IMG/VR virus record: IMGVR_UViG_3300045988_130225
Coordinates: 32,001-96,000 of that record
Length of the DNA: 64,000 bases
Reading direction: 5' to 3' (one strand)
From: a virus
Part shown: positions 37,637 to 46,653 of the stretch, piece by piece
How positions within the stretch are numbered: position 1 is the stretch's first letter
How the letters are laid out: each line of letters opens with the position of its first letter
Notes under the pieces: model-generated
What the model was told of the DNA's origin: nothing
The model's database searches: none
What the model saw: only the letters and a program-made list of their open reading frames with translations
Made by a program: the position numbers and the translations under genes

Positions 37637-40132
37637 TCAACCATTTTCATGTAATTTCTTTAAATTTTCTATTATTAAATCACCGACAACAGCCCAACAA
37701 AAATATTTATTCTTATTCTGTCCATAACATAAGTCAAGCATAATATTAACAAGTCTATCTTTGTTTGGACAAATTTCTTCTGCTCTTGCTCTAAATTCAT
37801 GCTGTATGCTCATAACTCTTGTATTTGCTTCTTCCGTACTTAAATTTTTCTCAATCACAATTTTCTTAAACTGTTTAATACGTTTAATGTATTCTTTTTC
37901 AAGATTTTCAATATCTTCTCTTGTTTTAGGTGAACTTCTTTGAATAGGAGATTTAAGAAATTCATAATTAAAACCCTTGGATTTAAGTTCTACCACTCTG
38001 CCATCAAATTCACTTTCCACATATCGGCAAATTCGGTTCATAGTAGAACCAGAAATGTTTACTGGCATTTTTATATCGTACCATTCTAAAAACTTTTGCT
38101 GTTCTTCTGTAAGATTTTTCTTTTCTTTTAATTCATTTACTTTACAACCATAAAGCATAACACATTTAAGGTCACAATTTTTTATATAACTATCATAATC
38201 TTTTTTTAAAGAAGAATAATTATAAATAAAATAATAAGGCTTTTTATCTGTTACGATTGCTTTATCTAAAGGTGTGGTACACAGCTTTGAAACGTACCAA
38301 TACTTAGGCATTTCCTTACAAATAACTCCCTTCAGTTTGTCCAGAGTTGACTGTTGATATAACTGTCCACACAAAATACGTTTTGATAATTCTTTATATT
38401 CATTTGTATTTTCATTAAATAAAGCTAATTTATCTATTTGTGCCGATACTCTATTAGTGATTGTTCCAACTTCTGAGCCTAAGCCCATACGGTTACTTTT
38501 TCTAATATCGTTTCTTTTAACAATTCTTTTCTCTCCTTTACGTTGTACACAATCAATAGCATTTGTATATTTATAAGCACTTAAAAGTACGTTATTATTA
38601 GTAGAATATATAGAATCACTATCAAAATCGCTCCCGTTCAATGCCATACATATAGTGTCCCAATCATTTAGCACCATCATTGTATTAGAATATTTATACC
38701 ATTCTTGGCATTTTTTATCGTTATTTACTTTCATTTTCCTAATATTATTATGTGAAGTCATAGGAGAACGAAAACAAACTACCTCATTCACACCTTTATC
38801 TATCCAATATTGTGAATATATTTCGTTAGCTTTAAGTAAACCAGTAACCTCTAATCCATATATACTCTGCATTAAAGCATAAGAATCACCCATAACTATC
38901 TGATAATTCCCTTCAACTTTCAGTTTACCTATCTTAGCTTGATTAATCTTTTTCTTAATCATTTTATTGATTCTGTCAATCACATAAGGGTCATTCATCA
39001 TTCTCTCATCTAAATATAAGGCTTGTGCATAATCTTTGGTTTTAGTTTTTTCACCAACACCCAAAAATTCTTTTGTTTTCTGGTAATCACCACCAAACGC
39101 CATTTTCAGCCAATCAACAGTAGGTTTACATAATTCTACAATCTGTTCATCTGTCAATTCATAACTTTGCAAATACTGATAATTTGTTTCTCTTGTATCT
39201 TCCAACTTTTTAGGTGTTACTTTTGTAGCAGAAAACCTATAACCATTTTCATAATAACATTTGTGGTATTCTTCCCAACTAGAATAATTATCCCATAACT
39301 TAAGACTGGATTCAGTAATAATCATATCCACATCTCGAATATCTCTTTCAGTACCCCAAATATCTTTTACTTTATATCCCTTACCAACTTCCTCAGCAAA
39401 TTTTATAATCTCAAAGACATTCAACATACCTTTCATATAAGCATTTCTTAAACAAATACCACTTGGCAAATAATCAAGACCTAATTTATCAGCAACTCTT
39501 TGCATATATTCTGGTGTACAAAGATTCATGCCGTCACTGCCGTTGTTTTCTAACTCTACACCAAATTTTTCCTCAACGATAGGTTCATCTGTTTCACTAT
39601 CATCAATCCTAACCACATCACCCTTAAATTTAGTGATACAATCTCGTACAACCAATACAGAGCGTGGTTCTGGTATCTCAACGGACGCTGAATAGGTCAG
39701 AGCAATATAAGCCTCTAATTTAGCCGGTATAGCCTTGTAATCTTTCTTCCTACCACAATCAGTCCTTTTAATTAACTCTGGTAAAATATCTTCTCTCACA
39801 AACAATAAAGTATTATTTTTAAGACCACCAGTAGTTCCAACAACCCACAAAAACCTTTTACCATTTAAAATCACACCAGTTTTAGACGTAACTTTGTCAT
39901 AGTCACTCATTGAGGAAATCTCCACAGCAAGCATTAAATCCGTCATATCTTGCTTGTATTGTTTGTTACCTATAATTGTAATTAAATCTATCAGTCGAAA
40001 TGCTTGTGAATCAAATAAGTCAATCAATTCATCTAAACGAACCGCCAACTCTTTGGATAAAGTAATTTGCCAGTTGTTTATTCGGAAACGTTCAGATGAA
40101 ACTTTGAAAATCTTTCTACGTTTATTTTGCAT
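37637..40132 (-). CDS. YonO/RdRP-like single-subunit two-barrel RNA polymerase
   Basis: 831 aa. VVCFRSPMTSHNNIRKMKV...MVLNDWDTICMALNGSDFDSDSIYS matches the R.P..H....(30-40 aa)..G.D.DGD catalytic block of cellular RdRPs, QDE-1 and SPbeta YonO. The size is close to YonO. Confidence 0.55.
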   Translation of the reverse strand: MQNKRRKIFKVSSERFRINNWQITLSKELAVRLDELIDLFDSQAFRLIDLITIIGNKQYKQDMTDLMLAVEISSMSDYDKVTSKTGVILNGKRFLWVVGTTGGLKNNTLLFVREDILPELIKRTDCGRKKDYKAIPAKLEAYIALTYSASVEIPEPRSVLVVRDCITKFKGDVVRIDDSETDEPIVEEKFGVELENNGSDGMNLCTPEYMQRVADKLGLDYLPSGICLRNAYMKGMLNVFEIIKFAEEVGKGYKVKDIWGTERDIRDVDMIITESSLKLWDNYSSWEEYHKCYYENGYRFSATKVTPKKLEDTRETNYQYLQSYELTDEQIVELCKPTVDWLKMAFGGDYQKTKEFLGVGEKTKTKDYAQALYLDERMMNDPYVIDRINKMIKKKINQAKIGKLKVEGNYQIVMGDSYALMQSIYGLEVTGLLKANEIYSQYWIDKGVNEVVCFRSPMTSHNNIRKMKVNNDKKCQEWYKYSNTMMVLNDWDTICMALNGSDFDSDSIYSTNNNVLLSAYKYTNAIDCVQRKGEKRIVKRNDIRKSNRMGLGSEVGTITNRVSAQIDKLALFNENTNEYKELSKRILCGQLYQQSTLDKLKGVICKEMPKYWYVSKLCTTPLDKAIVTDKKPYYFIYNYSSLKKDYDSYIKNCDLKCVMLYGCKVNELKEKKNLTEEQQKFLEWYDIKMPVNISGSTMNRICRYVESEFDGRVVELKSKGFNYEFLKSPIQRSSPKTREDIENLEKEYIKRIKQFKKIVIEKNLSTEEANTRVMSIQHEFRARAEEICPNKDRLVNIMLDLCYGQNKNKYFCWAVVGDLIIENLKKLHENG

Positions 40133-40151
40133 TTGTTGAACTCCTTTATAA

Positions 40152-41078
40152 TTAGTGTTTATAAATATAATCTAAATTAGAAATATCATTAGGATAATCA
40201 TTATTTTTAGCGTGTTCAATCATTTTATCACATTTAATATTCCTACGCTCTAACATACCTACAACTACAGAAGCCACAAAAGGTAATTCGTTTTTATCAA
40301 TATAAGTTGTAATATCACCATGCCCACGTTCTTCAATTCTAGCAAGTAAATCTATACCTTGACGATATAACAATTCTTTTTCAAACAATTCCCAAGTATA
40401 TTCATATTTTTCATTCCAATTTGTAGGGTCTACATTTACACTATAACATTCTTCATCAGTAATTGCATTTTTTAGTCTTTCTATCAGAACAAGTAAAAAT
40501 CTATAAGTACACCATTCGTAACTTTTTAAATTAAGCAATCTTATAATAGTGTAACATTTTTCTATTTCTGTATTAGATTTTTCTAAATCTTTTTCTAATT
40601 TTTTTATTTGATTTTCTTTGTCAATATTTTCTATCTCTTTTTCTTTTAATAATTCATCTTTTTTAATTGGTGATACATCGCCGTTCTCACTACAAATATC
40701 AAGAAAAACTATTCTTTTTTTATTACATAAATCAGTAATACATCTTGCAACTTTTTCATATTTTTCTGTATCATTACTTACATTATAAATAAGACTATCA
40801 TAACTTACAATATTACAATAATTTTCACCTTTTATCTGTTGCATTGTCATAAGGTCAATAGATGTTTTAGATTTAACATAAGGTGCAATAATATTTATCC
40901 AACAATCTTTTCTCATTTTTTTTCTTATGTCACCATTACTCTCTTTATATCCCATATAAACATTTTCGCAATATCTTCTTACCAAAGCATTGATTCTTTT
41001 ATTTCGTGCTTGTCTTGTTGCTTCTTTTATAGTTTTTACTTCAGAATTTTTAGTCTTAACATTTTTCCCAAATCCCAT
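40152..41078 (-). CDS. hypothetical protein
   Basis: ORF track 40152..41141. Start moved to MGFGKNV (ATG 41078, AGGAGG RBS). Confidence 0.55.
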   Translation of the reverse strand: MGFGKNVKTKNSEVKTIKEATRQARNKRINALVRRYCENVYMGYKESNGDIRKKMRKDCWINIIAPYVKSKTSIDLMTMQQIKGENYCNIVSYDSLIYNVSNDTEKYEKVARCITDLCNKKRIVFLDICSENGDVSPIKKDELLKEKEIENIDKENQIKKLEKDLEKSNTEIEKCYTIIRLLNLKSYEWCTYRFLLVLIERLKNAITDEECYSVNVDPTNWNEKYEYTWELFEKELLYRQGIDLLARIEERGHGDITTYIDKNELPFVASVVVGMLERRNIKCDKMIEHAKNNDYPNDISNLDYIYKH

Positions 41079-41131
41079 TATAATATCCTCCTTTATACTT
41101 TTATTTATATTAATTATAATATTATATATAA

Positions 41132-41160
41132 TATATATCATTTTTTATTATAAAAGTCAA
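41132..41160 (-). promoter_or_regulatory. sigma-A-type promoter (leftward)
   Basis: Minus strand reads TTGACT (41160-41155), 17 nt, then TATATA (41137-41132). Confidence 0.5.
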
Positions 41161-41207
41161 TAGTATTTATTTAACTTTTATTAATAATATTTTAATGTAT
41201 AATATAC

Positions 41208-41238
<31 letters not shown>

Positions 41239-41269
41239 GTCTATTATAAAGTAAAGAATTAGCAATCTT

Positions 41270-41500
41270 TGATGCCGTAATTAACAACACACGCTATGGC
41301 TATAATTTGAAAAAAGGCTACCCTCAAGGGTAGACTTTTGAAAATTTGTGCCATGTGTTGTTGATTACGGTATCAAACAAGCGGGGAAGAATGTAGAAAT
41401 AACATGGTGCGAAACCCTTGGGTTGAGCATGCTACCATGTTATTTATATATTCTGGGGTGCAACGCCCAGAGACGGGGTGTGGGTGTCCTCAACCCCACC
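41270..41500. other. GC-rich structured island between divergent promoters (candidate sRNA or origin element)
   Basis: A 16/17-bp long-range stem at 41275-41291/41354-41370 encloses ATGGC/GCCAT and the hairpin CTACCCT/AGGGTAG. Further stems are AACATGGT/ACCATGTT and CTGGG/CCCAG. Flanks are >85% AT. Confidence 0.4.
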
Positions 41501-41562
41501 ATAATAATATTCATTACTAATTTTATATTTATATTAATATTATATAATATATATTATACCCC

Positions 41563-41591
41563 TTGACATATTCTATATTATATGATATAAT
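41563..41591 (+). promoter_or_regulatory. consensus sigma-A-type promoter
   Basis: TTGACA, 17 nt, then TGaTATAAT. Confidence 0.7.
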
Positions 41592-41775
41592 CGGAGTATG
41601 AAGTTGATTAATAGTAATAGAAAGTATAAGAGTTTTTGAATTTTTGTACTATCAAATGTATCTAATAAGGTGTTCTCTATATCTGATACATTTACTAGTA
41701 CAAAAAATTAAAAACTATATAATTTTTATTGAGTTTGCTTACATTTTAAAAAATACCAAAAAAGGAGAAATGATT

Positions 41776-42789
41776 ATGGAATTAGAATTTAACAAACCCT
41801 ATAAATACAAAGATTTATGTAATTTTTTTAATTTAGAGCCAAAAACAGGAACAACTAAAATTTACCAAATTAAAAGATTACAAAAAGAATACGAAATTGA
41901 AAAATTAGGAACAAACTATGTTTTTATTAAAAAATATACAAAAGAAGAAATAGAATTAGCTGAACAAACAGAAAAATTAAAAGGTGTTTATCAATCTTAT
42001 GTAGAATCTATTCTTACTGAATTAATCGCAAGACAGAATAACGGTATTCTTAGAATGTCTACTACAGAATTATTAAGAGAAGTAGGTTTTATAAATGAAG
42101 ATTTTAGCTACTGTAAATATAATAGTTACTTTTCTTCTTTAATTCTTAAAACAGATGAAATAGATTTACATGAATATACAGAAATTGTATATAAACAGTT
42201 ATCTCATTTATTAAGAACCATTATCCAAAATTTACATGATAAGCATTATCTTATTAGTAGACAATGTTTTAGATTATTAAAAGTTGTCAATACTAGAATG
42301 AATGGAACTAAAATTCAATCACAATATGAGGTTCCTATTGAAACAAAAGAAGAACAAGATATTTTAAAGATTTATCTTCGTACGGCACGTTCTTTAGGGT
42401 ATAATGACGTTAAAGAATTATATGTTAAATTTAAAGATGTAGAAAAATTTAAAGATTTAGTAGGTAAAGAAATTAATAAAATTTATCCAGAGTATAATGC
42501 TGTATGCAAAGTATATAGTTTAAGTAGCGATAGAATGACAGCTTTAGATAATAGTACAAAGATTAAGAATGAACTTACTCAAAAGATTAGAAAAAAGATT
42601 GAGGGTTCAAAAGCAACTATCGGCATGGAAGATTTAGCATTATATGTTGAAGCTACAATAGACCCAAAAAGAATCTATCAGATTAAAGAGAAATTTTCTA
42701 AATATGGTCATTTACTTAGAGAAAACCCAGAATTATTAAGACAGACTTTATTTAAAGAAAATGAAGATATTATGTTTTTCCATAATTAA
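41776..42789 (+). CDS. early protein, paralog family A
   Basis: ORF track 41644..42789. Start at MELEFNK (AAGGAG RBS 8 nt upstream). Paralogous to 43602..44537 (Y.YK.LC...; INEDFSYCKYN vs INTDFKYCRYN). Confidence 0.65.
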   Translation: MELEFNKPYKYKDLCNFFNLEPKTGTTKIYQIKRLQKEYEIEKLGTNYVFIKKYTKEEIELAEQTEKLKGVYQSYVESILTELIARQNNGILRMSTTELLREVGFINEDFSYCKYNSYFSSLILKTDEIDLHEYTEIVYKQLSHLLRTIIQNLHDKHYLISRQCFRLLKVVNTRMNGTKIQSQYEVPIETKEEQDILKIYLRTARSLGYNDVKELYVKFKDVEKFKDLVGKEINKIYPEYNAVCKVYSLSSDRMTALDNSTKIKNELTQKIRKKIEGSKATIGMEDLALYVEATIDPKRIYQIKEKFSKYGHLLRENPELLRQTLFKENEDIMFFHN

Positions 42790-42796
42790 AAATTAA

Positions 42797-42822
42797 GAGC
42801 GTCCAAACGGACGTTCTTTTTT
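42797..42822 (+). terminator. rho-independent terminator
   Basis: GAGCGTCC-AAAC-GGACGTTC followed by TTTTTT. Confidence 0.65.
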
Positions 42823-42872
42823 ATTGCTTATTTCCACTAATATATTTATTACAAAATATTTTAAAATTACCC

Positions 42873-42901
42873 TTGACTTATATGTTTTCTTATGCTATTG
42901 T
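42873..42901 (+). promoter_or_regulatory. sigma-A-type promoter
   Basis: TTGACT, 17 nt, then TATTGT. The -10 is weak. Confidence 0.4.
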
Positions 42902-42934
42902 ATAAGTATCACATACAGAAAGGTGGTATAACAA

Positions 42935-43597
42935 ATGGAGAAACCGATAAAGAAAATTATTATTATCAACGGCTCTGGTGGAGTTGGTAAGGACGCTTTT
43001 GCTAAAAGAGTTATTGAAGAAACTCTTAAATTGTCGAAACGTATTGTTCCAGTTGAGAATGAAGATTATTGTGTAGACCCAGAAGTTTTTTACAAAAGAA
43101 ATAATATTTCTACTATTGATTGCGTAAAAAATATTGCCAAAATGTTTAACTGGAATGGTGAGAAATCTGAAAAAGACAGAAAAATGTTAAGTGACCTAAA
43201 AGATTTAATGACGGTCTATAATGATTATCCTTTTAAATGTATTACAATACAAATTAGTAATTGGCTACATTGTGTTGGGTGTATGTATGACCATTCATTT
43301 CTTTTTGTACATTGTAGAGAGCCTAAAGAAATTGAAAGAATAAAAAATCAGTTTCCTAATGACACTTTTACTTTATTAGTACAGAATCCTAAAGTTGCAA
43401 AAGTAACTGGTAATCATGCTGATAGAGAAGTTGAAAATTACAATTATGATTTTACTGTAGTTAACGATTCTGACCTTAGAGCATTAAGAAAAGTTGCTAT
43501 TGACTTTTATAAGAAAATCTTTAACCAAGGTTTTACAAAGTATAAGTTTGTTGCTTCTGATTATGATTTCAACCCAGAGGAGAATGGGATATTTTAA
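42935..43597 (+). CDS. P-loop NTPase, dNMP-kinase-like
   Basis: KIIIINGSGGVGKDAF Walker A at the N-terminus, 220 aa, with the overall layout of phage nucleotide kinases. Confidence 0.45.
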   Translation: MEKPIKKIIIINGSGGVGKDAFAKRVIEETLKLSKRIVPVENEDYCVDPEVFYKRNNISTIDCVKNIAKMFNWNGEKSEKDRKMLSDLKDLMTVYNDYPFKCITIQISNWLHCVGCMYDHSFLFVHCREPKEIERIKNQFPNDTFTLLVQNPKVAKVTGNHADREVENYNYDFTVVNDSDLRALRKVAIDFYKKIFNQGFTKYKFVASDYDFNPEENGIF

Positions 43598-43601
43598 AAA
43601 A

Positions 43602-44537
43602 ATGATAGAAATTGGTAGGACTTATCGTTATAAAGAACTTTGTGAAGCTATAGGAAAAAATAATGTTATAGGGTCTTATAAAACAACCTTACTTAAAAGT
43701 ATTTATAAGAATTATGAGGTAGTTCATAAAAACGGCTTTTATAAAATCATAAGAGAATATTCACAACAAGAAAAAGATGCAAAAGAAATTAAAGGAATGT
43801 ATCAAAAACTGCTTGAAGCTATATTAAGTAATTTTTTATCTCAACAAGACAATTATTCAGTCTGTACCTCAATGATGGAATTACTTTTAGCTTGTGGGAT
43901 TATTAATACAGATTTTAAATACTGTAGGTATAATATTGATTCTTCATCTAAAATACTTAAAAGTGACCCTTATGACTTAGAAGAATATATCACAAAATCT
44001 TATAATCTTCTTAGCCGAATGTTTAAAGATATTCTTGACCAACTTGAAAATAAAGCTTTAATCAAATGTCGAAAAGGTTACAAGCTGTTCAAAGTTAATA
44101 ACATGGGGTTACAAAGTGGTAGCAAGGTGATAACTCTTGGCTCAAAAGAGGAAACGATAATTATTAAGGCTGAGGAAGAAGGACTTAAGGAAATGGGTCT
44201 TACTAAGCTATTTGAAGTATATAGAAATGAAATTAGTATTGAAACATTTAAAAAAATCACAAACAGAAAGATAAAAGAACAGTTTCCAGATTATGACGGT
44301 TATTACAAAGTATATCATATCACTTTAAATCGTACAGGACTTTGGGAGAACAAGAATAATATCTATAAAGAACTTAATAAAAAAATTCAAACCAAGTTAT
44401 TAAAAAATAAAGGTTTATCTGAAATAACGCAATTAAAGAAAATGGTAGACGCTACAATTAATTTGTCCAGACCATTTAAAATACAAGAAAATTTAAAGCT
44501 TATGAAAAAGTTGGAAGGAGAAAATAACAATGAGTGA
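43602..44537 (+). CDS. early protein, paralog family A
   Basis: ORF track 43494..44537. Start at MIEIGRTYRYKELC. Collinear similarity to 41776..42789. Confidence 0.6.
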   Translation: MIEIGRTYRYKELCEAIGKNNVIGSYKTTLLKSIYKNYEVVHKNGFYKIIREYSQQEKDAKEIKGMYQKLLEAILSNFLSQQDNYSVCTSMMELLLACGIINTDFKYCRYNIDSSSKILKSDPYDLEEYITKSYNLLSRMFKDILDQLENKALIKCRKGYKLFKVNNMGLQSGSKVITLGSKEETIIIKAEEEGLKEMGLTKLFEVYRNEISIETFKKITNRKIKEQFPDYDGYYKVYHITLNRTGLWENKNNIYKELNKKIQTKLLKNKGLSEITQLKKMVDATINLSRPFKIQENLKLMKKLEGENNNE

Positions 44538-44787
44538 GATTAAAAAAACAGAAAATGGTGTTACAACTAAGTACAAAGGCGTATGGAACGCTACAATCTG
44601 TGTTGAAGAAAATTTTACAAGTGATGAATTTACAGAAGAAGATTTACATGATTTTATAAACAGATGTGGTAAATATGCTGAGGAAAAATTACAGAAAATT
44701 ATTGAAGAGATTTTATCAAAAGCTTTAGACGGTAAAGTAAGTGTAAGTAATTTCAATTATAATTTTAATGAAATTGAAAATAAATAA
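44530..44787 (+). CDS. hypothetical protein
   Basis: 85 aa. ATG overlaps the upstream stop, with a GGAGAA RBS. Confidence 0.55.
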   Translation: MSEIKKTENGVTTKYKGVWNATICVEENFTSDEFTEEDLHDFINRCGKYAEEKLQKIIEEILSKALDGKVSVSNFNYNFNEIENK

Positions 44788-44854
44788 TAATAAAACGGAA
44801 TATATTAATGAAAATAAATAAAACAATAAAATAAATCAGAAAGGATAAATACAT

Positions 44855-44992
44855 ATGAATTCAAAAGTATTAAAGAAGAAATATGTAGGATATTTAACTA
44901 AATCAGGAAAATATATCTCTACAGGATTAGTTTTCAACATTAACAACTGGATTTATAAAATTACAACAACACCATATGGTGGAGGTGCCTAG
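44855..44992 (+). CDS. possible 45-aa protein
   Basis: Hand-found ORF MNSKVLKKKYVGYL... with an AAAGGA RBS. Below the ORF-track cutoff. Confidence 0.3.
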   Translation: MNSKVLKKKYVGYLTKSGKYISTGLVFNINNWIYKITTTPYGGGA

Positions 44993-45153
44993 TGAAGAAT
45001 ATAATGCTAGATTTCATGATGGGAATAATTTGTATTCTATTAATAATAACAGTAATTGAAATGCTTGCGCTTCCGTGTACGTTAAGTGCTTGGTCAGCAA
45101 TGAGATTAAATGAAAAATGGGAGGAGAAGGAAGAAAATGAAAACGGTTTTTAA
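44992..45153 (+). CDS. possible small membrane protein
   Basis: Hand-found ORF (GTG or downstream ATG start) encoding the hydrophobic GIICILLIITVIEMLALP followed by an acidic tail. Confidence 0.25.
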   Translation: MKNIMLDFMMGIICILLIITVIEMLALPCTLSAWSAMRLNEKWEEKEENENGF

Positions 45154-45808
45154 TTGGATTGGCGATGATTGGAGAAGAGTAAAAAATCATTGCCGTACAA
45201 CAGATAACAAAGATTTTACAGAAAAAGATGCTACAGATATTTTTAAGAAAAAACTGCTTATTTCTGAGCATAGTCCTATTAGGTTGCTTGAATTTGATTG
45301 GACTTGGAAAACAATTAAATACTGGTTAAGTACCGAAATGAGCCGTCATAAGTATGAAAAATTTATATCTACAGCAAGAGATGATAGAGGATTTTCAGAA
45401 AGAAAAACAGAAGAGGGCTATACAGTATGGGACGAAGTTACAAAACAGAATATTGAATACCACCCATTATCCAGAGATGACGCACCACAGAAAAATCCTG
45501 TAAATTTTGATGGTTACGCTAACATGCAGAATTTAATTGACGTTTGGCGTAAGAGATTGTGTTTCTGCTGTACTAAGGACGCAAGAGAATTAGCAGAAGA
45601 TTTTAAATACGTTTTACATGAAACTCACCCTATTGAAGCTGATGTATTACAGAAAAATTGTATATACAGATGTGGTTGTCCAGAGTTTAAATCTTGTGGA
45701 TATTGGGAAAATTTTTGCAAGAAACATAGTAAAGAAGATTTGATAAATATTCAGACAAGATATGATTTGGCTAATAAAGAGTTTTATGAAAATTATAAGG
45801 AGAAATAA
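45137..45808 (+). CDS. divergent ThyX-like (flavin-dependent thymidylate synthase family) protein
   Basis: EHSPIRLLEFDWTWKTIKYWLSTEMSRHKYEKFISTARDDR aligns with the ThyX HETPFEH..F.F......R...RHR.....S.R block. NMQNLIDVWRKRL.....ARELAEDF aligns with N.RSL.NF..LR....AQ.EI. It has RHK instead of RHR and a Cys-rich C-terminus. Confidence 0.4.
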   Translation: MKTVFNWIGDDWRRVKNHCRTTDNKDFTEKDATDIFKKKLLISEHSPIRLLEFDWTWKTIKYWLSTEMSRHKYEKFISTARDDRGFSERKTEEGYTVWDEVTKQNIEYHPLSRDDAPQKNPVNFDGYANMQNLIDVWRKRLCFCCTKDARELAEDFKYVLHETHPIEADVLQKNCIYRCGCPEFKSCGYWENFCKKHSKEDLINIQTRYDLANKEFYENYKEK

Positions 45809-45810
45809 TC

Positions 45811-45984
45811 ATGTTAAAAGCAAAATTTGAAAAATATTTAGGAAAACACATATCAATTAGATTATTTGATGGTAACGTTTATACTGGATATTTATACAAG
45901 TCTGGAAATAAAGAACGCTTTCCAAATGACCCTAACTTATATGTACCAAGAAATTATTATTTTTTAATAGGAGAATGGTTATGA
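45811..45984 (+). CDS. 57-aa hypothetical protein
   Basis: Hand-found ORF MLKAKFEKYLGKHISIRLFDGNVYTGYLYK..., tightly coupled to neighbours. Confidence 0.4.
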   Translation: MLKAKFEKYLGKHISIRLFDGNVYTGYLYKSGNKERFPNDPNLYVPRNYYFLIGEWL

Positions 45985-46259
45985 AAGAATTAAAAGAAAC
46001 AATGGAAATGATGAACAGTGAAAATTATAAAGAAAGATTTAAAGCTGAATATTGGCAGACTTATATTAGATATGAAAAATTAACAAAAATGGTTGAAAAC
46101 TGGGAGAAAGGTGAATTAAATTTTACACCTACTTGTGATAAAAAAATATATAAGATACAGTTACTTCATATGGCTAACTATCTTAGTATTCTTAGAGTAA
46201 GAGCAAAGATTGAAAACGTAGATTTAGGAATTGAGGAAGAAAATGAAAAAGACTGTTAA
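45981..46259 (+). CDS. hypothetical protein
   Basis: ORF track 45975..46259. The second ATG is better spaced from the GGAG RBS. Confidence 0.55.
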   Translation: MKELKETMEMMNSENYKERFKAEYWQTYIRYEKLTKMVENWEKGELNFTPTCDKKIYKIQLLHMANYLSILRVRAKIENVDLGIEEENEKDC

Positions 46260-46530
46260 TAATTCTACAAAGTTAAGTCAAGAAGAATTTGTTTCGTTTA
46301 GTAAAAGAATGATTCAAAGATACTATACAGAATTGTTTGGTGGCAATACAGTATCATCTGATGAAATATTTTTAGTATGGTATTGTAAGACTTTACAGAA
46401 TCATAAGGCGTTACTGGGTGTTATTGGTCGGTATGATGAATATTTTGAAGCTACCTATGACGGTGATAATAATAAAGTTTATCTGGACGTATATAAGAAA
46501 GATAAGAATATTATAGTTGAACCGATATGA
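46243..46530 (+). CDS. hypothetical protein
   Basis: ORF track 46231..46530. Start at MKKTVNN after a GAGGAAG RBS. Confidence 0.55.
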   Translation: MKKTVNNSTKLSQEEFVSFSKRMIQRYYTELFGGNTVSSDEIFLVWYCKTLQNHKALLGVIGRYDEYFEATYDGDNNKVYLDVYKKDKNIIVEPI

Positions 46531-46577
46531 ATTGAATAAAAAAGAATAAAAAGTTTTAAAATTTTTTAAAAAAGTTC

Positions 46578-46606
46578 TTGACGGATTAAGGATTATATAG
46601 TATAGT
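46578..46606 (+). promoter_or_regulatory. sigma-A-type promoter
   Basis: TTGACG, 17 nt, then TATAGT. The upstream A/T tract is homologous to the promoter at 46955. Confidence 0.6.
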
Positions 46607-46653
46607 ATGAAATATAATGAATAAAAAAATAATATTAAAGGAGATTAAAAGAA

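Noticed and set aside
41644-41775. The N-terminal 44-aa extension of ORF 41644..42789 given in the ORF track.
   Set aside because: The extension runs through the transcript leader of the consensus promoter at 41563-41591. The ATG at 41776 has a properly spaced AAGGAG RBS and aligns with the start of the paralog.
44493-44756. Minus-strand ORFs inside the plus-strand early block (44078..44260, 44493..44756, 45014..45271, 49207..49401, 52644..52868, 56885..57148, 57219..57419, 61087..61782 and 63431..63763).
   Set aside because: All are antisense to better-supported co-directional genes. They are hydrophobic, low-complexity products typical of AT-rich antisense frames, and they lack RBSs.
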